The translations under genes were made by a program, and so were the position numbers. The notes beneath the pieces are model-generated. The model was not told where the DNA came from, did no database searches, and was given only the letters and a program-made list of their open reading frames with translations. Below, piece after piece: positions 1 through 7,249 of a stretch of 10,948 nucleotides of DNA; position 1 is the stretch's first letter; each line of letters begins with the position of its first letter. Source of the DNA: Octopus sinensis (Eukaryota); contig NW_021827169.1 of NCBI RefSeq assembly GCF_006345805.1, positions 1 to 10,948 of the forward strand, in the 5' to 3' direction.

Positions 1-708
1 TGTGTGTGCGTGCGTGTGTTTGGTGTGTAATAGATCTATAATTGAATTGACTTCCATAGCCAAAATCCATGCTACAAAGCTTCACAATCTTCTAATACAT
101 TTTGACAATACAAACATAGAATGCCGTAACACAGAGAGAAATGTCCAATCCGGAATCATCTAGTCAGAAACAAGACAATGTTATGAAATAATACAGTGAT
201 TCCTTTATTTCTATTCAATCACCAAATCATCGATTATAACCCAATAAACACACATTCAACTTGTAAGCTACTGAACGAGTAACAACGGAGTACTCAATGA
301 AATTTTAATATTGCAGATTATTTGTTTGTCTTTTATGTTGATGTGGGTTCGTTCCTGGTAAGGCCCTGGTCTCATTTCTGGCGAGCTCTGAGATCGAAGA
401 TGTCTATTGGTCACAATTTCAAAATCTTTACAGGTGTCTACTTGTCGTTCTGGGCGCTAAAACGACATCAACAATTTCGGTAGCAGCGTACACAAAGCCA
501 GCAAGGAAGCTTCTTGGCATCGATCCACTTTGCTGCCAGCAACAGAGGCGAGATCATCTGGGATTGTCACCTGTGATAAACCAACATTCTACTTAGTCGG
601 AAATTGATAGCAGATCCTTTGCAAATGTTGCTTGTCATAGCCTAACACTCGACATTGTCCCCATTCAATTCGCTGTCAGTAATAGGAATTGGAGCATCTG
701 GGAATATT

Positions 709-801
709 CTTTTCTACTCTAGGCACAAGGTCCGACATTTTTGAGGAGAAGTCCAGTCGATCTAATCGACTGGACTTAATTTATCGACCGCGAAAGGATC
801 T
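709..801 (-). mobile_element. 5'-truncated SINE fragment (family A core plus 3' tail) flanked by a 12-bp TSD
   Basis: The reverse complement ATCCTTTCGCGGTCGATAAATTAAGT-CCAGT...CCTTGTGCCTAGAGTAGAAAAG aligns to the core of the family A copies at 825-1034 and 7250-7871. Direct repeat TCTGGGAATATT at 697-708 and 802-813. Confidence 0.75.
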
Positions 802-824
802 TCTGGGAATATTACCTTAGATAA

Positions 825-1034
825 GGGCGATAGGCAGGAAGAATCGTTAGTCCACCGGGCAAAATGCTCGGCATTTCGACCGTCTTTACGCTTTGGGTTC
901 CTATGCCGCCGGGGTCGACTTTGCCTTTTATCCTTTCGGTGTCGGTAAAATAAGTACCAGTTGAACACTGGGGTTGTCTTAATCGACTTAGCCCCTCCCC
1001 TGAAATTGCTGGCCGCGACCCAAAATTTGAAACC
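825..1034 (+). mobile_element. tRNA-derived SINE, family A, near full length and diverged, with a 17-bp TSD
   Basis: Aligns to the head and core of the 7649-7871 unit (GAATCGTTAG...GGTCGACTTTGCCTTTTATCCTTTCGGTGTCGGTAAAATAAGTACCAG...AATCGACTTA). Flanked by AATATTACCTTAGATAA (808-824) and AATATTACTTTATATAA (1035-1051), 15/17 identical. Confidence 0.85.
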
Positions 1035-1275
1035 AATATTACTTTATATAAACCAGCATTGTACATTGTCTCAGTTCCTTAGATTTCTGGAATTGGTACA
1101 CAGCCAGTTGGGAACTATCATACCTGTAAATGAATTGCCATTCCATTTAGGTTAAAAACTCTATTCAACTGGTGTCTACTGTCATTCCTTGAAACACTCT
1201 CATTGCTTCATGTTATTGACATTAAGACACCCATTAATTTTTGATTGTTTGGATACTATCCTAGTACATACATGG

Positions 1276-1660
1276 GGAGGCGCAATGGCCCAGTGGTTAG
1301 GGCAGCGGACTCGCGGTCATAGGATTCGCGGTTTCGATTCCCAGACCGGGCGTTGTGAGTGTTTATTGAGCGAAAACACCTAAAGCTCCACGAGGCTCCG
1401 GCAGGGGATGGTGGTGATCCCTGCTGTACTCTTTCACCACAACTTTCTCTCACTCTTACTTCCTGTTTCTGTTGTACCTGTATTTCAAGGGGCCGGCCTT
1501 GTCACTCTCTGTGTCACGCTGAATATCCCCGAGAACTACGTTAAGGGTACACGTGTCTGTGGAGTGCTCAGCCACTTACACGTTAATTTCACGAGCTGGC
1601 TGTTCCGTTGATTCGGATCAACCGGAACCCTCATCGTCGTAACCGACGGAGTGCTTCCAT
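1276..1660 (+). mobile_element. tRNA-derived SINE with family B head and tail X (chimeric architecture)
   Basis: Perfect Pol III A box TGGCCCAGTGG (1286-1296) and B-box-like GGTTTCGATTCC (1330-1341). 1276-1470 aligns to the reverse complement of 4491-4686; about 1474-1630 aligns to the reverse complement of 5545-5697. Resembles described octopus tRNA-derived SINEs (OR1/OR2 type); family name not verified. Confidence 0.9.
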
Positions 1661-1675
1661 CCCATTATTATTGAA

Positions 1676-1880
1676 CTAGCGGTGTCGTTAGCACGCTGGG
1701 CAAAATGCTTAGCGAGATTCTTGTAATCTTTGTATTCTGAGTTCAAATTCCACCAAGGTTGACTTTGCCTTTCTTACTTTCAAGATCGATAAGATATGTA
1801 TTAGATGAGTATTGAAGTCGATATAATTGACTTTCATCTTCCCTCGAAATTGGTGATCTTGTGCCTGAATTTGAAACCAT
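1676..1880 (+). mobile_element. Diverged family A SINE
   Basis: GTCGTTAGCACGCTGGGCAAAATGCTTAGC...TTCTGAGTTCAAATTCCACCAAGGTTGACTTTGCC...CTTGTGCCTGAATTTGAAACC matches the head, core and tail of the other family A copies in the window. Confidence 0.75.
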
Positions 1881-1892
1881 TATAAAATACTT

Positions 1893-2038
1893 CGTGGCAT
1901 TTCGTCCGTCTTTATGTTGGAGTTCAAAGGTCGACTTTACCTATATATATGTGCGTGTGTGTGTGTGTGTATGTTTCCCGAAAGAAAAAGGCAAAGTCGA
2001 CCTTTGAACTCCAACATAAAGACGGACGAAATGCCGCG
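1893..2038. repeat. Inverted repeat made of two copies of an internally deleted family A fragment
   Basis: Arms 1896-1942 and 1989-2035 are 46/47 complementary, around a 46-bp spacer that is mostly (TA)/(TG). Confidence 0.88.
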
Positions 2039-2223
2039 TGTGTGTGGTGTGTGTGTGTGTGTATGTGTAAGCATATGTATAGATATATGTATACTTTTAC
2101 GCATGTGTGTACTTATGTGTATATATGGATGCGCGCGTGTGTGTGTGTGGTGTATGTGTACGCATGTATGTGTATGTGTGTGTATGTATATAATATATAT
2201 ATATATGTGTATACGTATATATG

Positions 2224-2257
<34 letters not shown>

Positions 2258-2258
2258 C

Positions 2259-2291
<33 letters not shown>

Positions 2292-2656
2292 ATGTATGTG
2301 TGTATATATATGTATATGTATATGTGTGGGTGTGTGTATGTGTATATAATGTATGTATGTATAGGTGTATGTATATGTATGTGTATATATACGTATATAT
2401 ATGATATGTGTATGTATGTGTATGTAGGTGTATATGTATATGTGTATATATATTTATTGGTGTATATGTATGGACTAGTCTTCTGTGGGTGTATTGAGGT
2501 ATGTATGTGTAAGCGTGTTAGACATGAATCTGTAGGTACGCGTACGTATGTGTATATATGTGGAATGTATGTAGATGTATGTATGTATGAATATAACGCG
2601 TGCGAGCGTGTATGTGTATGAGTGTACGAATGAGTGTGTGCGTGCGTGAGTGAGTG
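2039..2656. repeat. Compound (TG)n/(TA)n/(TATG)n microsatellite
   Basis: Visible directly in the sequence. Confidence 0.95.
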
Positions 2657-2795
2657 CTTGTGTTCGAGTAGAAAGATAAATGGACTTGCTGTCTCCCCAG
2701 GGGGACGATAGCCAAGATGCTTGTGACCGCGGTCAAAGATAACAAAAGTAATAAATGAAAATAATAATAAAATTAAAATAAGGAAATGTGGTTTT

Positions 2796-3100
2796 AGTGT
2801 ATGTATATGTGTGTATGTGTAGGTATGTATAGGTACACATATGTATATATATATATATATATGTGTGTATATATGGACATGTGTGTGCATGTGTGTATGT
2901 ATATATGTGTGTGTATGTGTGTATGTTGTATGTGTGTGTATGTATATATTTGTGTGTATATGTATGTGTGGGCGTGTGTGTATATATACATGTATATATA
3001 TATAATATATATATACATATTATATATGTATATATATATATGTATGTATATATAGTGTGTATGTATATATAATGTGTGTGTGTATATATATACATATGTT
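2796..3100. repeat. Compound (TG)n/(TA)n microsatellite
   Basis: Visible directly in the sequence. Confidence 0.95.
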
Positions 3101-3120
3101 TATGTCTAAGTGAGGAGTCT

Positions 3121-3404
3121 CCTTATTTACTAAAACTCTATTCTTCTATTTATTCTTTTATCTAATTTACCACTGACTCCTTGACCACTCCCCTAAGTAT
3201 GATATTTTTGCGCTATGCCTACCCCCAAAAAGTCCCCCACCACACCACTTTAATTTAAACCTGCCTAAATGTATAAATGCCAAAACAATCTTGTTAACTA
3301 GCTTCCTGATGATTTCTCTTGAATGAAACAGTTCTAGTCCTGTAGAAGCTCCTTCTATATAATAAATTAATTTTACTCTGCTATGTATGAGTACCTTATT
3401 TACT
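3121..3404 (+). mobile_element. Hammerhead-carrying ~273-bp unit (candidate solo Penelope-like pLTR or retrozyme-like monomer)
   Basis: Non-microsatellite island between TA tracts, bounded by CCTTATTTACT at 3121-3131 and 3394-3404. Contains a hammerhead fold at 3300-3350 followed by AATAAA at 3361-3366. Confidence 0.5.
3300..3350 (+). ncRNA. Type I hammerhead ribozyme motif
   Basis: Stem I AGCTTC (3300-3305)/GAAGCT (3345-3350); core CTGATGA (3306-3312); stem II TTC/GAA with TCTT loop but a U-U pair at the closing 10.1-11.1 position; GAAA (3325-3328); stem III ACAG/CTGT with 8-nt loop; cleavage triplet GUA ending at 3344. Confidence 0.7.
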
Positions 3405-3433
3405 GTGTTACCCCCGAATCAACCCGGGACCTA

Positions 3434-3544
3434 CATATATATATATATATATTTAGGTGTATCTATCTATCTATCTATCTTTCTCTCTCTCTCTCTCTCT
3501 ATATATATAGATATATATTATATATATATATTTAGTGATATATA

Positions 3545-3611
<67 letters not shown>

Positions 3612-3685
3612 TATATATATATATACATATTTAGGTGTATGTATATATATATATATATTATATTTAGGTATATATATATATATAT
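3434..3685. repeat. (TA)n tract with short (TATC)n and (TC)n runs
   Basis: Visible directly in the sequence. Confidence 0.95.
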
Positions 3686-3916
3686 TCGCCATGTTGATCG
3701 TTAGCTACTGCACGCATTTTTTTCTCTCCTTCTTTTTTTTTTTTTTTTTTTCCTTTCTGTGTTTTTTTCTCTCTGTGTATCTTTCTGTTGAAGAGCGTAG
3801 GCTCGAAACGTTAAAGACTTGTTTTATTTATATTTCCTGAGCGCCATACTAATACAATTGTTCGTTTGTTTTCCACCTGCCTTCGTCTTTTGTCTATTTT
3901 TCATAAAGCTTCCCGT

Positions 3917-3917
<1 letters not shown>
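3686..3917 (+). mobile_element. Pyrimidine-rich island embedded in (TA)n and carrying a minimal hammerhead variant (probable Penelope-like terminal fragment)
   Basis: Bounded on both sides by (TA)n and contains the 3780-3817 motif. Assignment to Penelope-like elements is an inference from the motif type. Confidence 0.45.
3780..3817 (+). ncRNA. Minimal (stem-III-less) type I hammerhead variant
   Basis: Stem I TCTTT (3780-3784)/AAAGA (3813-3817); core CTGTTGA plus one extra A (3785-3792); stem II GAGC/GCTC with GTAG loop; GAAA (3805-3808); palindromic ACGT (3808-3811) in place of stem III; H17 = U3812. Confidence 0.55.
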
Positions 3918-3948
<31 letters not shown>

Positions 3949-4015
3949 CAAATAAAATTAAAAACAGAACACACACATATATATATATATAAAGATAGAT
4001 AGATAGATAGATAGA
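3918..4015. repeat. (TA)n, short (CA)n and (GATA)n microsatellites
   Basis: Visible directly in the sequence. Confidence 0.9.
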
Positions 4016-4257
4016 CAGGTTGATTATATATACATTATTTTATTGCTGTTGCTTACGTTGTTGTTCAGGCCTGATGGAACAGACCTCTAATCAAAGCCAT
4101 TCCAGGGATGACCTTCTCATCTTTTCGTTATGTGAAGGTAACTTGCAATCACATTGTCCAATGTGGATTTTATCAAGAGGTTTGAGAGTGATTTGAGATC
4201 GATTCGACTAATATGTCTATCAGGTTGAGCTACAGTATAGAGGCTTTCTTATGATTA

Positions 4258-4686
4258 GTTTTGTTGTTGTTGTTGCTGTTGTTGCTTTGTTTGTTTGTTT
4301 GTTGAGCGAAGCGGTCTTCGTCCCAGAGCTTGCAAGATCGCGCCTCTATAGTGGGAGAAGTCCGAAACGTGGTCCTTTGCTATTCGTAAGACCCACAGAA
4401 GAGAAAGCAGGTCAACTCCCGACACTGAGAGCATCGACGGATGGATGAATGCACATCCAGGCTCAGCGGTTGCGTAGGAAGTCGGGGACAAGAAACAGGA
4501 AGAAAGAGTGAGAGAAAAATTTGGAGCCAAAGAGTACAACAGGGGTCGCCACCACCTCCTACAGGAGCCTCGTTGAGCTTTAGGTGTTTTCACTCAATAA
4601 AAGCACACACCGCCCGGTCTGGGAATCGAAACCGCGGTCCTCCGACCGCGAGTCCGCTGCCCTAACCATTGGGCCATTGCGCCTCC
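4258..4686 (-). mobile_element. tRNA-derived SINE with family B head, tail Y and (AAAC)n/(AAC)n 3' end
   Basis: The reverse complement starts GGAGGCGCAATGGCCCAATGGTTAGGGCAGCGGACTCGCGG and matches 1276-1470 over about 195 nt. It then diverges into a different ~190-nt tail that ends in AAAC/AAC repeats. Confidence 0.9.
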
Positions 4687-4990
4687 ACTTGTTGTTGTTG
4701 CGGTAGTGGGATGGTGTGGGTAGTGAAGGTAGTGTTGGCAGCGAGGATTCGTGTTGGTTGTGGAGGTGGTATTAGTGTTTTGTGTGTGTGTGTGTTTGGG
4801 TAGGTAGTAGATAACATTAATTTTCTATATAGAAACGACCTTAACCTTATATTATCTTAATCCTTCTATTATTGTACCTATGTGTATGTATGTGTATGTG
4901 TGGGTGTCTGTGTATGTGTATGTATGGATGTATATATGCATATGTACATAAGGACGCACGTATACATACATACATACATATATATTTTTT

Positions 4991-5378
4991 TCTCTCTGCC
5001 CTAAGGCATTTTTCTAACACGCCAGCTCAAAGTTTACTCGTCCTGTCGAAAGACGCCTGTCTGTGACGTTCTGTTTTTGTTATTATTTTTATCATTATTG
5101 TTTTTACGTATTTTTGTATTCTTATCCGTGTAACCTCGTCCGTTTTTCCGTCCTTGTTTTGTATTACATTCAAGGCTTTCTTCCAAGGAATCTAATGCGC
5201 TTGGCTTAGATTTTCCTTTGGAGGTGGCCAGATCGGAGCAATCTCAAGATTAATCAGCCGAAATTGCGAGGCTGATCCGGTTCATGACTGAAGATTGAAG
5301 GCTTCGAGTGTCCCGTCCGTGTTTTTTTGTATCGTCTTCGAAATGTTTTGCGTTCTTGTCCCAGTTTGTATTTTTTTT
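4991..5378 (+). other. Pyrimidine-rich island between TA-rich tracts; probable interspersed repeat of unassigned class
   Basis: Bounded by TA-rich microsatellites and similar in composition to 3686-3917. Single copy in this window, so repeat status is an inference. Confidence 0.35.
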
Positions 5379-5544
5379 AAATATATATGTGCATATATAT
5401 ATATGCATATATATATATAGGTAGATACAATATATGCATAGATAAATGCGCACGCACACACACACACACATATATGTGTGCGTGTGTGTGTATGTATGCA
5501 TGTAATATAATTCGGAAGATTCATACTAGCATACGACTAACTAG

Positions 5545-5802
5545 CGTTTCAGTTGATCCGATCAACAGAACAGCCTGTTTGTGAAATTAACATGCAAGTG
5601 GCTGAGCACTCCACAGACACACGCAGTCTTAACGTATTTCTCTGGGAGACTCAGTATGACAAAATGTGACAAGACTGGCCCTTTGAAATATATGTACTGT
5701 TCATTTTGCCAGATGAATTTCACGGACCACCGTGAAATAAATTGCCTTGCTCAAGGACAAAACGCGCCACTGATCTGACTTAAATACTTAAGCCACGCAC
5801 CT
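5545..5802 (-). mobile_element. Diverged SINE with family C head, CORE-like segment and tail X
   Basis: The reverse complement has a degraded tRNA-like head, a CORE-like TTGTCCTTGAGCAAGGCAATTT segment, and a tail aligning to about 1474-1630 (GTGTCTGTGGAGTGCTCAGCCACTT...GTTAATTTCAC...GTTGATCGGATCAAC). Confidence 0.75.
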
Positions 5803-5881
5803 TTACTATGAATCTATATTTTCTCCTCATAATCTGTATTTCTGTTGCCCAAATAATCAACCCTTTAAACCTTCAATGACT

Positions 5882-6022
5882 ACATGTTTTCAAATGCGCT
5901 ACATTTTATACTGATTTTATTGTTACATCTGTACTTTACTGCATGTACTTTATATGCACTTTCTGACAAATTGTGGTGCACCTGAACACTGTATACAATA
6001 ATTTCCTTATTATTATTATTAT
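5882..6022 (+). mobile_element. Possible 3' end of a non-LTR retroelement with a (TTA)n tail
   Basis: Ends in (TTA)5 at about 6007-6022, a tail type seen in CR1/L2/RTE-group elements. No coding remnant is visible. Confidence 0.3.
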
Positions 6023-6114
6023 ACAAACAAGCATATAAGTCAAAAATTGGTGTTAGTTTTTTTTTTATTTTCCCTTGCTTTGCATCTCTTGTTGCCAACG
6101 TAAGAACACGCGAG

Positions 6115-6552
6115 GGATCTTTTCGGTTTGAACGGCAGTTTTTTCTAGCGGTGTCATATGAAATTGTCACCCATAATTATGACCCTAGTATCGATCTATT
6201 GCATTTCAATCTGTTTTAGAGTTTTGGTCAGTTAGGGTTAGTTAGGGTTAGGGTTAGGGGTGGGGGGACGGGTATCTTTTTTTCTTCACAAATGTAAATA
6301 AACTCAATCTGTTTCTTAAACGAGGGACATATTCATACGGCACAGAATGTTTTTTTTACCTCAATGGACGTCAGTGATTGGTTGAAATTGCAGAAAAAAA
6401 CAACAACAAATATCTTACAAACTATAGAATTTTCTCAATAAAACCAAGAGATAAAGATGTTTTATAAACACATTCCACCAGTATACGAAGTTTAAAATTT
6501 TTTAGTTGCCTAGAAATTATGTTAAAAACTGCCGTTCAAACCGAAAAGATCT
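6115..6552. mobile_element. Non-autonomous TIR DNA transposon (MITE), Mutator/MULE-like by TSD length
   Basis: Perfect 28-bp TIRs GATCTTTTCGGTTTGAACGGCAGTTTTT at 6116-6143 and 6524-6551. 9-bp TSD ACACGCGAG at 6106-6114 and 6553-6561. Length 438 bp, no transposase ORF. Confidence 0.9.
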
Positions 6553-7020
6553 ACACGCGAGAATTTCTTATGTATGGTGGTTGATTATATTTAGTCTTAC
6601 ACCACCCTTATTCTTGTATGACATTGATAAAGAATTGTGGATATGAAGCGTTGCTACTCCATCTATAATTTATATCGAGTACGTTCAGGCGTCTGTTCCG
6701 CTATATTTGCATAGCCTCTACAATTTGTGTTAACGTTGAGCGTTTTGGGTGATTGGAAAAATTTTGATTCAGATTTTTTTTTTATATCGATCTATTTCCG
6801 TTTGTGTGGTGAATGTTGATGAAGTACGAATGTTTTTTTTCCCCTTTCATTGTTGTCTCGCCAGATATTTGCGCTTCTTTCACATAAACTGCGGCCCGTT
6901 TCTCCTATGCAGGTTTCGGTAAAGTCTTTACAGGCAACTCATATAGTACACAACGTTGCAAAACTAGAAGCATGGTGTTTATGGCTCATGGTTCTTATTA
7001 GAGCAATTACGAAAGCTAAA

Positions 7021-7210
7021 TCACAAAAAGAAGATAATGATGAAGATGCATAAGAAGAAGATGAAGAAAAAGGAGAGGAGGAGGAAAGAAGTGGAAGGAA
7101 GAGAAGAACAAAAAAAGGAAGAAGGAAAAGGGTAACATTTAGAAAAAAAAAAGAGAGAAGAGAGAGAAGAAAAGAATAGAAAAAGCAAGAAAAAACAAAT
7201 GAACAAGAAG
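7021..7210. repeat. Purine-rich (GAA/GA/A-run) low-complexity tract
   Basis: Visible directly in the sequence. Confidence 0.9.
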
Positions 7211-7249
7211 TTGGTCTTTACTGTAAAATAGTTTGTGGAATCTGTACCT

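Noticed and set aside
520-576. Frame reading SIHFAASNRGEIIWDCHL, loosely like an ankyrin or integrase zinc-binding fragment
   Set aside because: Too short, bounded by stops, and without further family motifs.
1276-1350. tRNA gene candidate with A and B boxes (also 4612-4686)
   Set aside because: It continues directly into a SINE body shared with another copy, and I could not close a proper acceptor stem; it is a SINE head, not a tRNA gene.
762-1611. Short ORFs of 61-84 aa on both strands
   Set aside because: Most lie largely within SINE copies and none shows a recognisable domain; the same applies to 4251-4665.
1914-3840. Long ORFs rich in C/V/Y/I/M or H/T/Y/I (up to 235 aa)
   Set aside because: They are translations of (TG)n/(TA)n/(CA)n microsatellites, which lack stop codons in some frames. 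The same applies to ORFs at 4872-5584, 8091-9048 and 10590-10914.
5253-5276. 7-bp hairpin ATCAGCC/GGCTGAT containing GAAA and CTGAT
   Set aside because: The order and spacing do not give a hammerhead core on either strand.
6232-6267. Telomere or chromosome-end signal
   Set aside because: Only four TTAGGG units, located inside a MITE.
6865-6918. Possible exon after a polypyrimidine tract and CCAG acceptor
   Set aside because: No recognisable peptide in any frame and only a weak donor site; cannot be supported without RNA data.
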